In this document: one piece after another, positions 1-11,784 of the stretch | Layout of the letters: each line of letters begins with the position of its first letter | Position numbering within the stretch: position 1 is the first letter of the stretch | Assembly: GCA_049296695.1 (NCBI GenBank) | Contig: JBAQSX010000061.1 | Location: 1 to 64,000, forward strand | Source of the DNA: Methylococcaceae bacterium | Lineage (GTDB): Bacteria > Pseudomonadota > Gammaproteobacteria > Methylococcales > Methylomonadaceae | Length of the DNA: 64,000 bases | Direction: 5' to 3' | The notes under the pieces: generated by a model | Database searches by the model: none | What the model saw: the letters and a program-made list of their open reading frames with translations, nothing else | What the model was told of the DNA's origin: nothing | Position numbers and translations under genes: made by a program

Positions 1-1143
1 ACAAACCCGTAGGCATAGTGCGGCTGGTTTTTGTAGGAAATAACTGTTTTAAATCGACGTTATGACCATCAGGACGTGGCGCGGGTGAATGTAATAATAT
101 TTCAGGTGGCTGGCTCAGCGTCAACAGCTCACTAGTAGACGAACCAATATAAGCACTATTGGATGTGGCTAACAATAGATTGCCTGATTTGTTATATAAA
201 TTAATTTCGCCTTGCCAAACATAACAATAAAGCCCTTCTGCAAGTCCTTGCTGAATAGCTTTCATATCAGCATTATTTTTTGCCACACAATCGCCCGTAC
301 AAAATAAATCAAACCCTGTGCCGCGAATACCAATGGTGGCAACAGGTGTGCCGACATTGTAAGCCGCTGGATTTTCCTTGCCAATTAAGCCCGTCAACAC
401 CCGCATCCCGCCTTTAATCAAACTAAATAACGCCCTATCTTGTTGAATATCACTGTGATAACTGTATTGCTTAATGTGTAACTGACTACCAGCTTGCAGA
501 GTAATTTTTTCGCCATCGGCAAAGACCAATAAAGCATAACTATCCGCCTGACTCGATACTATATCGGTGCTATATAAAGCATCCCCCAATGATAAAGCTC
601 GCATGGGTGAGGTCTCATTTTTTGCACTGACTGCGCCTTTTAACTCCACAATTCTAGCGGCAACAACTTCTTTACTGCCTTCGTTTTGCTTGCAATTATG
701 TTCGCAAAGCTGTACTGAATAATCGGCGGGTTGCGCCTTTACCATCATGGTATCGGTTTTTATTTGAAATTTTTCAGGTTGTTGCTTGGCAATTTCGCCC
801 GTAGTGGCATGTACGCCACCTTGATGCAATACCATCAGCGCACCTTTGCTAATCGATTGATTATCATACTGATTAATACTAAAAAGACTATTAGGTCGCA
901 CCGTCATTTTTGCACCATCGATAAATTCGATAATCACAAAGCTACGCTCTGAGGTTTTAATAGTGTCACCTAAATAAATTTCACTACCTTGACTCAAAGG
1001 TCTAGCTGTTTCTTTTGAATGCTCAGCGGTAACTTGATCACCGCGTACAAAGCTAACCTTTGCTACCACTTGCGTTTGGGCATGAGCCAGTGGCAGAAAC
1101 AGAATTAAAAATAAAAAACATAGAGTTCTAATGATTTTATACA
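1..1143 (-). CDS. FecR-domain protein with N-terminal signal peptide (partial, C-terminus runs off window start)
   Basis: Reverse-strand ATG at 1143 (MYKIIRTLCFLFLILFLPLAHAQ... hydrophobic signal-like N-terminus); open frame to position 1 with no stop; two FecR-like beta-rich repeats (FVIIEFIDGAKMTVRPNS / ALLVFADGEKITLQAGSQL). Not in ORF track because it runs off the edge. Confidence 0.6.
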
Positions 1144-1582
1144 TCGCGCTTAACCATGGGATATTATGAGGATGGGTGGCAGGGATGGAGATTGCCGTTG
1201 TTTCAATGGGTTTAAAAGTTTCGATTCATACTTTACGACTTGCCATGCTGTTTAAGTCGTTCGCGCTGACTATTTTAAGAGAAATTGACTATTAGTATGC
1301 CATAACAAAACGTGCAAGGGGCTACGCGAACGCCTATAGATAAAACGCGTATATTAAAGTCGCTTCCCTACAATAAAATTGCAGGTATGTTTTAATTTCT
1401 GTTACCTGTAATAGTAATGACAATATTGTCACCCGAATTAACTATTAATCCAAATTTTTCACAATCAAAACTTTTTGTGTTTTGAGTTGTTATTTGAATA
1501 GTATAACTACTTAGTCTGATTATCAAAATAGAGATTTTAAAATTAGTAGGCCGATATTATCAAAAAATATCGTGTTCATTCC

Positions 1583-1737
1583 AAAATCGTAATTACTTAA
1601 CTGAACTTACGCACTGGTAATAAAAATGTAGGGGCAAAATATTTTTTTCCCCTTCAGTAACAATCAGTTGTTATTAAGGGCAAATAGTGTTGCCCCTACA
1701 TTGATAACCCTTGCGTAACTTCAGTTACTTAATTAAC
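1583..1737. repeat. Nested palindromic element in the FecR/ald divergent intergenic region (outer ~23-nt inverted repeat around inner 12-nt stem gtaggggcaa/ttgcccctac)
   Basis: aattacttaactgaacttacgca (1583-1607) vs tgcgtaacttcagttacttaatt (1714-1737), 1 mismatch; inner gtaggggcaaa...tttgcccctac (1629-1701). Confidence 0.5.
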
Positions 1738-2039
1738 GGTCTAAACTAAAAGACTTTCATTATGATAATAAAAATGCTTGCCTACAAACTTTTAGTATTA
1801 AGCGCAGATTTGCCAGAAAATTTATGTTAGCTTTAAATTTACAGTTTTTTCAAAAAAAGATTCCCCTGATTATTATTTCAATACTTTTTTATCAATTTGA
1901 ATTGAAACCAGTATAACTGATTTTGATAAAGTCGCTAAAAAACTACCTATTGGCAAGTCTATTGCTGTATTAATGAGTACAAGATTACATTATAGACAAT
2001 ATTTTTATTCACCAATACTCGTAAATTAAGGACAAGATT

Positions 2040-3149
2040 ATGCAAATCGGCTTACCTAAAGAAATAAAAGACAATGAAAACCGTGTCGGTATGACCCCCG
2101 CCACCGTGAGTAGTTTAGTTCAACAAGGGCATAGCGTTTTAGTACAAAGCGGCGCGGGTGAGGGCAGTTTTTTAAGCGATGCCGATTATCAAACAGCAGG
2201 CGCGACCATAGTGACTACTGCCGCTGAGGCGTGGTCAGCGCAATTAGTGGTAAAAGTTAAAGAACCCATCGAGCAAGAATACCAATACTTTCGAGAGGAT
2301 TTAATTTTATTTACTTATCTGCATTTAGCTTCTAATAAACCGCTAGTCGATGCGTTAGTAAACAGTGGCGTCAGCGCAATTGCTTATGAAACAGTCGAGC
2401 AGAACGGACAATTACCCCTGCTCACCCCGATGAGTGAAGTGGCGGGGCGCATGGCAACTCAAGTCGGCGCGACTTATCTGCAAAAAACTTATGGCGGCAG
2501 AGGCGTGTTAATGGGCGGCGTTCCGGGAGTTGCACCTGCGAATGTGGCGATTTTAGGCGCGGGAATTGTTGGCATGAATGCGGCACGCATTGCCGTGGGT
2601 TTAGGGGCGCGAGTGACGGTTTTAGATATTAGTCACGAGCGATTAAAGTATTTAGATGATAGTTATCGCGGACAGTTACAAACCCGCCACAGCGACGATT
2701 ACACCATTAAAGAAGTGATTGCACAGGCGGATTTAATTATTGGCGCGGTGTTAATAGCAGGACGACGCGCTCCACGCTTAATTACGCGGACAATGTTGGC
2801 AGGTATACCCAAAGGCGCGGTGATTGTTGATGTGGCAGTCGATCAGGGCGGTTGCGTTGAAACCATTAAAGCCACCACGCATAGTAATCCCAGTTATGAA
2901 GTAGATGGCATTGTGCATTATGGTGTTGCCAATATGCCCGCCGCTGTACCGCGTACCAGCACCTTTGCTTTAAATCATCAAACCAGCTCTTATATTTTGC
3001 AATTAGCCAATCAAGGTTTAGCGGCATTAACGACTAATATCGCTCTGCAAAAAGGTTTGAATACTTATAGAGGTTTAATTACTTATCAAGCCGTGGCAGA
3101 AAGTTTTGATTTAACTTATACCCAAGCGGCTGAGGCATTAGTTTTATAA
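2040..3149 (+). CDS. ald: Alanine dehydrogenase
   Basis: 369 aa; N-terminus [23 protein letters not shown] and Rossmann GxGxxG ([12 protein letters not shown]) typical of Ald family. Confidence 0.95.
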   Translation: MQIGLPKEIKDNENRVGMTPATVSSLVQQGHSVLVQSGAGEGSFLSDADYQTAGATIVTTAAEAWSAQLVVKVKEPIEQEYQYFREDLILFTYLHLASNKPLVDALVNSGVSAIAYETVEQNGQLPLLTPMSEVAGRMATQVGATYLQKTYGGRGVLMGGVPGVAPANVAILGAGIVGMNAARIAVGLGARVTVLDISHERLKYLDDSYRGQLQTRHSDDYTIKEVIAQADLIIGAVLIAGRRAPRLITRTMLAGIPKGAVIVDVAVDQGGCVETIKATTHSNPSYEVDGIVHYGVANMPAAVPRTSTFALNHQTSSYILQLANQGLAALTTNIALQKGLNTYRGLITYQAVAESFDLTYTQAAEALVL

Positions 3150-3253
3150 TGATTAAACTGGCTAGTGAAAGGATTTTACTAGCCATTAAACATTATGCTT
3201 TATAAACTCAAGGATAAATTATGAATCCTAATTACAGTGAAGAAGAATTAGCG

Positions 3254-3356
3254 GTAGTGCATCAAAAAAGTAGGCTAACCTTTCGGAGTTCAAACCTAGG
3301 TTTGAACTCCAGCTAAAAGGGCGTTTTGTTAAAACCTACTCTTTTGAAGCACTACC
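3254..3356. mobile_element. MITE family B copy 1 (TIR cggtagtgcatcaaaaaagtagg / cctactcttttgaagcactaccg; central palindrome gagttcaaacctaggtttgaactc)
   Basis: ~103 bp element with ~23-bp terminal inverted repeats; second copy at 14387-14500 is ~85% identical; sits between an in-frame ATG (3221) and the remainder of a small ORF. Confidence 0.7.
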
Positions 3357-3377
3357 GAATTAGCTTTATTAGACGCT

Positions 3378-3605
3378 ATGGAAAATCAGCCTTTAATTAG
3401 CGTACCTAATATGGCACAAGAAATTACTCAATTAAAAGCCGCTGTTAGCGAAAAACTCAATAAATGTGAGTCGATTAAATTAGATGTATTAGAAACTGAC
3501 TTAGAACGCATTAAAACTCAGGCAATTATAGAAGGTATTCCTTATCAATTATTAATGAGTTCGATATTACATAAATATGCACAAGGGTATTTAATTGCTA
3601 AATAG
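3378..3605 (+). CDS. Small ribbon-helix-helix (CopG/BrnA-like) antitoxin-family protein; 5' end possibly disrupted by MITE
   Basis: 75 aa; C-terminal AIIEGIPYQLLMSSILHKYAQGYL resembles the IPYQ.LI..L..Y motif of BrnA/CopG-type RHH antitoxins; an upstream ATG at 3221 (MNPNYSEEELAV) is separated from this ORF by the MITE insertion. Confidence 0.5.
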   Translation: MENQPLISVPNMAQEITQLKAAVSEKLNKCESIKLDVLETDLERIKTQAIIEGIPYQLLMSSILHKYAQGYLIAK

Positions 3606-3611
3606 TCACCA

Positions 3612-3653
3612 TAAAAAAAGGCGTAATGTGTTAAACATTACGCCTTTTTATTT
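3612..3653. terminator. Bidirectional rho-independent terminator
   Basis: aaaaaaaggcgtaatgtg ttaaacattacgccttttta: GC-containing stem with A-tract upstream and T-tract downstream. Confidence 0.7.
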
Positions 3654-3719
3654 ATCAGATTAAAATATAAATCTATGTATTTTAGTTTTATATATTTCTG
3701 ATAACCTCTATTACTCAAA

Positions 3720-4097
3720 CTATAACTTTTCTAATTCTTCAATAATTAGTTTTGCTAAATCAAAAAGTTGTTGTGCTTCCGATATATCTACATATTCATC
3801 AATATCATAATCAGCACGATGACGATTTACTTTAAGTTTGTGCATTTGTTCGCCTAAAATTCTTAAAGTTTTATTATCATGTTTTTGAAATTTAATAATT
3901 AGTCTTTCATGACTACCTTTTGGAATTTCACCGTATCGGTTTTTCTTATCAGGATAATCTTGAGCTTTGTCTTTTGCTAAATGATACACAGCATAATAAG
4001 CACGACCCATAACATTACGATAATCTATTTCTTGACTATCAGGATTAATTAATAAGTTTTCGGCAAAACACAAAAAATCTTTAAACGATACGCTCAT
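3720..4097 (-). CDS. HEPN-like domain protein (putative toxin/abortive-infection component)
   Basis: 125 aa; GRAYYAVYHLAK helix typical of HEPN N-terminal helix and C-terminal NRHRADYD basic motif; overlaps upstream ORF by 17 nt. Confidence 0.45.
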   Translation of the reverse strand: MSVSFKDFLCFAENLLINPDSQEIDYRNVMGRAYYAVYHLAKDKAQDYPDKKNRYGEIPKGSHERLIIKFQKHDNKTLRILGEQMHKLKVNRHRADYDIDEYVDISEAQQLFDLAKLIIEELEKL

Positions 4098-4848
4098 GTT
4101 TTTCCCTTGCTTCTAATACATCAATTGAACTGTATTGAAACATTAATACATCGCTCCAAGTATCGTCTAATGTTTCTACGAATAGTTTTGATAATTCCCA
4201 ATTAATTTTTGCTATGTCTTTGACAGGCGAATCAATGTAAATTGTATACACAATGCAATTATCTATAATTTCTATTAAAGAACTAGAAAAATAAAGATTA
4301 TGCGTTTCTAATAGGCTGTAAGCTAATTCACATAATACTTGTGCTTGACCATCGGAAAGCTGGAATTTTTCGCAAATGTTAAATGCCAATCCATTATTAC
4401 AAAAAAAATTTTTTGTTTTAAATTCCTTGTGTAATTGAAATGCTTTTTTAAAGTTGCAAGAGAAATAAAATGATTTTATTGCTCTATTAAGAGCATTAGC
4501 ATTATTAGGAAAATTATTAAGCAATATTTCAGTTTGAAATACAGATTCTTTAATTAAACCACAACTAAATAATGCGCTCATATAATTTAGATGCGTGAAT
4601 AAATCATTTTCATATTGCAATGCTTTTTGATAATTACTGATAACTTGGTTACTGTCATTTTCAAATCCTGCAACTGCACCCAACAACTTATAATATTGGT
4701 AGACTTTTATTTTTCCTTCTAATTTATTAATGTCACTTTTCAATAAATAAATTGTAAATTCATCTGGTTTACGTTTTTGATTAATTAACAATTCAATTTT
4801 ATCTTCTAATTCATGAGTTTTTGCTAAGGGCTGAACCATTTTTATCAC
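4081..4848 (-). CDS. Hypothetical protein (255 aa), co-transcribed with HEPN-like gene
   Basis: Long ORF, very AT-rich, no recognisable motifs; flanked by terminators at 3612-3653 and 4863-4893. Confidence 0.5.
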   Translation of the reverse strand: MIKMVQPLAKTHELEDKIELLINQKRKPDEFTIYLLKSDINKLEGKIKVYQYYKLLGAVAGFENDSNQVISNYQKALQYENDLFTHLNYMSALFSCGLIKESVFQTEILLNNFPNNANALNRAIKSFYFSCNFKKAFQLHKEFKTKNFFCNNGLAFNICEKFQLSDGQAQVLCELAYSLLETHNLYFSSSLIEIIDNCIVYTIYIDSPVKDIAKINWELSKLFVETLDDTWSDVLMFQYSSIDVLEAREKHERIV

Positions 4849-4862
4849 CTCAAACTATAAAT

Positions 4863-4893
4863 AAAAAAGGGCGTAAAAATACGCCCTTTTATT
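4863..4893. terminator. Bidirectional rho-independent terminator (downstream of nqrF)
   Basis: aaaaaagggcgtaaaaatacgcccttttatt. Confidence 0.75.
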
Positions 4894-4913
4894 ATACCGC
4901 CGTTATTAAAAAC

Positions 4914-6134
4914 CTAACCGCCGAAATCGTCCAACATAATGTTTTCAGGTTCAACGCCAGCATCTAATAACATCTTGATGACTGATTGGTTCATGATGGG
5001 CGGGCCACACATGTAAAACTCACAATCTTCAGGTGCTGGGTGGTTTTTGATAAAGTTTTCATAAACCACGTTGTGAATAAAGCCTGTGTAACCGTCCCAA
5101 TTATCATCGGGCAATGGGTCAGACAACGCAACGTGCCATTCAAAATTATCATTTTCACGCGCCAACATATCGAAATCTTCAACATAGAACATTTCGCGTT
5201 TGCTTCTCGCGCCGTACCAGAACGACATTTTACGTTTTGATTTCAAACGGCGTAATTGGTCGAAAATGTGTGAACGCATCGGAGCCATACCCGCGCCGCC
5301 GCCGATAAACACCATTTCAGCCTCAGTGTCTCTAGCATAAAACTCACCGTAAGGGCCTGAAACAGTGACTTTATCACCGGGTTTCAAACTGAAAATATAC
5401 GATGACATCACACCGGGTGGCACGTCTTCGGGTGCGCGTGGGGGTGGCGTTGCTATACGCACGTTTAACATGATTTCTCTTTCCTGCGGATAAGAAGCCA
5501 TTGAATAAGCGCGTAAAGCAGGTTCTTTTACAGTAGAAACGTAACGCCAGATATTGAATTTGTCCCAATCTTCATGGAAACGCTGTTCAATATTGAAGTC
5601 TTTGTAATTAACAACGTGTGCTGGACATTCGATTTGAATATAACCACCTGCGCGATAGTTAATAGTTTCGCCTTCGGGTAAATCTAATACTAAGGCTTTA
5701 ATGAAGGTTGCCACGTTTTCGTTAGATTTAACGGTGCATTCCCATTTTTTAACGCCGAAAACTGAGTCTTCTACTTCGATGTCCATATTGTGCTTAATCG
5801 ACACTTGGCACGCTAAACGCTCACCGTGCGCGGCTTCGCGTTTGGTAATATGGCTCAGTTCAGTGGCTAAAATTTCGCCGCCACCTGATTTAACTTTCAC
5901 TTTACATTGACCGCAAGTACCACCGCCGCCACAAGCCGATGATACAAATAAATTGTTATCGGCTAAAGCAGTCAATAGTTTTGAACCCACAGGAACGTGG
6001 ATTTTCTTTTCGTCATTAATGAGTATTTCAACATCCCCTTCGGCAACTAATTTGCTTTTCGCGCCAATAATGACAAACACTAGCGCGATAACAATGCCCG
6101 TAAAAAGGATAATCCCTAAAAGAATTTCAAGCAT
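4914..6134 (-). CDS. nqrF: Na+-translocating NADH:quinone oxidoreductase subunit F
   Basis: 406 aa; N-terminal TM, 2Fe-2S ferredoxin Cys cluster ([10 protein letters not shown]), FAD/NAD-binding domain. Confidence 0.95.
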   Translation of the reverse strand: MLEILLGIILFTGIVIALVFVIIGAKSKLVAEGDVEILINDEKKIHVPVGSKLLTALADNNLFVSSACGGGGTCGQCKVKVKSGGGEILATELSHITKREAAHGERLACQVSIKHNMDIEVEDSVFGVKKWECTVKSNENVATFIKALVLDLPEGETINYRAGGYIQIECPAHVVNYKDFNIEQRFHEDWDKFNIWRYVSTVKEPALRAYSMASYPQEREIMLNVRIATPPPRAPEDVPPGVMSSYIFSLKPGDKVTVSGPYGEFYARDTEAEMVFIGGGAGMAPMRSHIFDQLRRLKSKRKMSFWYGARSKREMFYVEDFDMLARENDNFEWHVALSDPLPDDNWDGYTGFIHNVVYENFIKNHPAPEDCEFYMCGPPIMNQSVIKMLLDAGVEPENIMLDDFGG

Positions 6135-6146
6135 AGTGTTACCTTT

Positions 6147-6755
6147 TTATAGTTGAATGCCAGAGAATGCCATAAACCCTAATGACATTAATCCCGCAGT
6201 AATAAAAGTAATACCCAGTCCTTGCAGTGCAGGTGGAATATCACTGTATTTCAATTTCTCGCGCACACCCGCCATTACGGTAATAGCCAATGCCCAACCA
6301 AAGCCGCTACCAATACCATAGGTAACACTTTCGCCAAAGTTATAATCGCGTTCAATCATAAATAAACTACCCGCTAAAATCGCGCAGTTCACCGTAATTA
6401 ACGGTAAGAAAATCCCTAATGCGTGATAAAGCGCGGGGAAGAATTTATCTAATATCATTTCTAAAATTTGTACTAATGCGGCAATCACACCAATACAGCT
6501 TAATAATGATAAGAAACTTAAATCAATTCCTGCAACGCCAATCCAAGCTAATGCGTCTTCTTTTAATAAGGCGTGATAAATTAAGTTATTGGCAGGGACG
6601 GTAATCATTTGTACCATCATTACCGCAATACCTAAACCCATTGCAGTCGAAATCTTTTTCGAGACCGCAATAAAGGTACACATACCTAAGAAAAACGATA
6701 AGGCAAGGTTTTCAATAAAAACCGCTTTAATAAATAAGCTGATATAGGCTTCCAT
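6147..6755 (-). CDS. nqrE: Na+-NQR subunit E
   Basis: 202 aa polytopic membrane protein, position in nqr operon. Confidence 0.9.
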   Translation of the reverse strand: MEAYISLFIKAVFIENLALSFFLGMCTFIAVSKKISTAMGLGIAVMMVQMITVPANNLIYHALLKEDALAWIGVAGIDLSFLSLLSCIGVIAALVQILEMILDKFFPALYHALGIFLPLITVNCAILAGSLFMIERDYNFGESVTYGIGSGFGWALAITVMAGVREKLKYSDIPPALQGLGITFITAGLMSLGFMAFSGIQL

Positions 6756-7438
6756 TAGTGATGCCCTCCGTCTTCACCATGTGAAATTGACATGATTTTA
6801 AATTCCACTTTTTCTTGTTGTTGCGGTTTCCATTGACGTATACCCCAGATTAATAATCCAATCAAAAAGAATGCACTAGGTGGTAATAACATTAAACCAT
6901 TAGGTTGATACCAGCCGCCGTCTTTAATTAACGGGAATACTTCAATCCCTAATAATTTACCTGAGCCTAATAATTCACGAACAAAAGACACGGTAATTAA
7001 AATTAAGCTATAACCCAAACCGTTACCAATACCGTCCATAAAACTGGCTAAAGGCGGATTTTTCATCGCGTAACCTTCAGCACGTCCCATAACGATACAG
7101 TTAGTAATAATCAAACCCACAAATACCGATAATTGTTTGCTTACATCAAAAGCAAAGGCTTTTAATAATTGGTCAACGACAATTACTAATGAAGCAATAA
7201 TAGTCATTTGTACAATAATACGAATACTGCTGGGAATATGATTACGAATTGCACTAATTGCCGCGCTAGAAAACGCAGTTACTAAGGTTAATGCCAACGC
7301 CATAATGAGTGAGGTTGACATTTGCGATGTCACCGCTAATGCCGAACAAATACCTAATACTTGCAAAGTAATAGGATTGTTTTCAACTAGCGGTTCAATT
7401 AATACTTTTTTAGTTTCATCATTGAATAATTCACTCAT
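6755..7438 (-). CDS. nqrD: Na+-NQR subunit D
   Basis: 227 aa membrane protein; start overlaps nqrE stop. Confidence 0.9.
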   Translation of the reverse strand: MSELFNDETKKVLIEPLVENNPITLQVLGICSALAVTSQMSTSLIMALALTLVTAFSSAAISAIRNHIPSSIRIIVQMTIIASLVIVVDQLLKAFAFDVSKQLSVFVGLIITNCIVMGRAEGYAMKNPPLASFMDGIGNGLGYSLILITVSFVRELLGSGKLLGIEVFPLIKDGGWYQPNGLMLLPPSAFFLIGLLIWGIRQWKPQQQEKVEFKIMSISHGEDGGHH

Positions 7439-8361
7439 GACTTAGCTCCTTTAACTGTTCTAACTTTCGCTAAATAAGAGGCAAAACCTTCTTTACTTGT
7501 CCAATATCTAACCAAGTTAGTCACACCTGTACTGGTCAATGACGCGCCTGCTAAACCGTCTACTTGATATTCTGAGCCTGCTTTAGATGTATCTACTGTG
7601 CCTTTAATTAAAGCAATCGCAGGTTCACCGACATCGGCTTCTTCAATTAAACCTTTTTCTAAAGAAGCTTGGTCTTTTTCAGCATAAACTTTTTTGCCTT
7701 TCCATAAAGCACGCCAGTTAGGATTAACTACTTCACCACCTAATCCCGGCGTTTCGGCTTGGTCATAGAAGTTAATACTTTGAATAGTTTGTCCGTCCGC
7801 ATCTAATGATAAGAAACCATAGAGTGTTGACCATAAACCATAACCATTAATAGGCAGAATAATAGATTTAACCACGCCCGCTTCTTTTACTAAAAAGACT
7901 TTAGCCAGTTTCGCTTTAACACGAATATGAGCAGTATCTTTTTCTTTTGGAATAGCGATGCTTTGCGCGGGGTCTTTTGCTGCTTTACGTTGGTCGTAAC
8001 TATTCGCGTCTATACCATCAACATAATCGCCTGTTTCTAAATCCACTAATTTAGATTCAATGCGGTCGTCAAAAGTCGCGCTAATATCTGCGCCGTCTTG
8101 TAATAAACCTGCGACATCAAGAATGTTTTTCTTCATGTCTAATTCTTTATTACTGACTTGAATGGGTTTTAAAGCAACTGCCGCCATTGAAACTAATACC
8201 GCACACACTAAACAAAGTGCTACTGCAATCGCAATGGTTTTTTCTAAACTATCATTACTTAAGGCTAATACTTTTAAACAATAAGCTTTGAATTTTTGAT
8301 ATTGCGGACAGCTTTCTAGCTTTTCACAATATTTTTCTAAATATGGACATTTATTAGCCAT
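7435..8361 (-). CDS. nqrC: Na+-NQR subunit C, with a ~30-aa Cys-rich N-terminal extension
   Basis: 308 aa; region from [14 protein letters not shown] aligns with canonical NqrC N-terminus; FMN-attachment region SGATLTS present; extra N-terminus [24 protein letters not shown]. Confidence 0.85.
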   Translation of the reverse strand: MANKCPYLEKYCEKLESCPQYQKFKAYCLKVLALSNDSLEKTIAIAVALCLVCAVLVSMAAVALKPIQVSNKELDMKKNILDVAGLLQDGADISATFDDRIESKLVDLETGDYVDGIDANSYDQRKAAKDPAQSIAIPKEKDTAHIRVKAKLAKVFLVKEAGVVKSIILPINGYGLWSTLYGFLSLDADGQTIQSINFYDQAETPGLGGEVVNPNWRALWKGKKVYAEKDQASLEKGLIEEADVGEPAIALIKGTVDTSKAGSEYQVDGLAGASLTSTGVTNLVRYWTSKEGFASYLAKVRTVKGAKS

Positions 8362-9552
8362 GACGTTTCACCCTTCTTCTGATATTCGCTTGTATTACAA
8401 AATAGTCAATCGTAGGCGCGAACATATTAGAAAATAAAATAGCAAGCATAATACCTTCAGGGAACGCGGGATTAACGACGCGAATTAAAACCGTCATACC
8501 ACCGACTAATAATCCAAATAACCAACGCCCAGTATTAGTCATCGCGGCACTCACAGGGTCAGTTGCCATATAAACCATACCAAAGGCAAAACCACCAATG
8601 GTTAAATGCCAATACCAAGGCAAAGCGAACATAGGATTAGTATCACTGCCAATAGTATTAAATAATAATGAGGTGGCAACCATACCTGCAAATACACCAC
8701 CCATAATGCGATAAGAAGCCACGCGGGTATATAACAAAAACGCCGCGCCCAATAAAATCGCCAATGTTGAAGTTTCACCCAAACAACCCGGTTCAAAACC
8801 AAAGAAGGTTTGCATCCAAGAATAATGTTCGGTAACAGCCGCTAAGCCACCGTTTGCCGCTAAGCCTAATGGGGTTGCCGCTGTGTAACCATCAATGGCA
8901 GTCCACACAGAATCGCCTGAAATTGACGCGGGGTAAGCAAAGTATAAAAACGCACGACCTGTTAAGGCGGGGTTTAAAAAGTTTTTGCCTGTGCCGCCGA
9001 ATACTTCTTTACCAATCACAATACCAAAAGAAATACCTAAAGCGACCTGCCACAGTGGCATATCGGGTGGCATGATTAAGGTATAAAGCATTGAAGACAC
9101 TAAAAAGCCTTCGTTGACTTCATGACCGCGCACGGTAGCAAATAACACTTCCCACACGCCGCCCACTGCTAAAGTAGTGATATAAATCGGTAAGAAATAT
9201 AACGCGCCATGAGCGATGCACGATAATGGATTTGAAGGGTTATACCCAAAAACCATCATCGGAATACTGCGCCAGTTATCCACTTTATCTAAATGTAATT
9301 CAGCCAACGCTAAATTCGCTTGATAACCTGTGTTATAAACTGCCATTAATATACAAAAGAACGTCGCAATAACCACAAAAGTCATGGTGCGTTTTAAATC
9401 ATTACCATCTCTAACATGAGTTTTACCACGCGTTACACTCGCTGGGGTATAAATAAAAGTATCGACCATTTCATATAAGCCGTAATACTTTTCTAATTTA
9501 CCGCCTTTGGTAAAATGCGGCTCAATGCTATCTAAAAATTCTCTAGCCGACA

Positions 9553-9553
<1 letters not shown>
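8354..9553 (-). CDS. nqrB: Na+-NQR subunit B
   Basis: 399 aa polytopic membrane protein; operon position. Confidence 0.9.
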
Positions 9554-10950
<1,397 letters not shown>

Positions 10951-11235
10951 TCATTTATTTAGATAAACTAAGAGGGACTTATAAGACGTAAAACAGCGGC
11001 ATTACACCATAAAAACACTGATTTCTCAATGGCGATAAGCTGAGTGATTCACTAGGAAAAAGCCTTAGCACCCTAAATAGTCATCTAATTATGATAAAAG
11101 CGAATTAGCTTACGCGCTTTTAAATTAAATCCTCATTAAGTGATTAATTTTTTAATTAAAGATGGCTCTTTATTATTAAAAACAATACGCATAAAAAAAC
11201 CTATCAGCTTTTAAAAAGCTGATAGGTTTATTATG

Positions 11236-11316
11236 TCTGAATCAGGATTTACAGAATTTACAAAATTAACAGAATTTATCCTGCTAATCCTAAAATCTTG
11301 AAAATCCTGATTCAGA
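11236..11316. mobile_element. MITE family A copy 1 (TIR tctgaatcaggattt / aaatcctgattcaga)
   Basis: ~81 bp with perfect 15-bp terminal inverted repeats; related copies at 14364-14563, 39830-39912, 63763-63837. Confidence 0.7.
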
Positions 11317-11321
11317 CGTTA

Positions 11322-11765
11322 TTACCACGAGCCAGTATTAGGCATCGACAACCACGGTTCTTGTTTTTCTAATGCCGCGCCTTTTTGTAAAAACTCAATA
11401 GAAATACCATCGGGAGATTTAATAAATGCCATGTGTCCATCACGAGGCGGCCGATTAATTAATACTCCAGCGGTCATTAATCGCTCACAGGTTTGATAAA
11501 TATCATCAACCTCAAAGGCTAAATGTCCAAAATTACGCCCACCTGTATAAACTTCACTATCCCAATTATAAGTGAGTTCAATTAAAGGGGCTTGTTGTTG
11601 CGCCGCACTTTCATCTAAAGGTGCGTATAAATAAATTAAAGTAAACCGTCCTTGTTCGCTTTCAAAACGATGACTTTCTTTTAAAGCTAATTTAGTACAA
11701 TAAAAATCCAAAGATTCTTCTAAATTCGCCACTCGAATCATAGTATGTAAATAACGCATACTCAT
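11322..11765 (-). CDS. gloA: Lactoylglutathione lyase (glyoxalase I)
   Basis: 147 aa; [20 protein letters not shown] ... [14 protein letters not shown]-family glyoxalase I signature. Confidence 0.85.
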   Translation of the reverse strand: MSMRYLHTMIRVANLEESLDFYCTKLALKESHRFESEQGRFTLIYLYAPLDESAAQQQAPLIELTYNWDSEVYTGGRNFGHLAFEVDDIYQTCERLMTAGVLINRPPRDGHMAFIKSPDGISIEFLQKGAALEKQEPWLSMPNTGSW

Positions 11766-11784
11766 AGTATTAAACTCCTAATTA

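Noticed and set aside
731-952. 73-aa plus-strand ORF
   Set aside because: Lies entirely inside, and antisense to, the long open reverse-strand FecR-like coding frame; arginine/histidine-rich nonsense typical of antisense frames.
3262-3300. tRNA-like impression from ggagttcaaacctaggtttgaactcc
   Set aside because: It is a perfect palindrome inside a repeated MITE, not a cloverleaf; no acceptor stem/anticodon arm; recurs at 14430-14460.
4986-5568. Several 64-84 aa ORFs on both strands inside nqrF
   Set aside because: Embedded in/antisense to a well-supported nqrF reading frame; no independent coding evidence.
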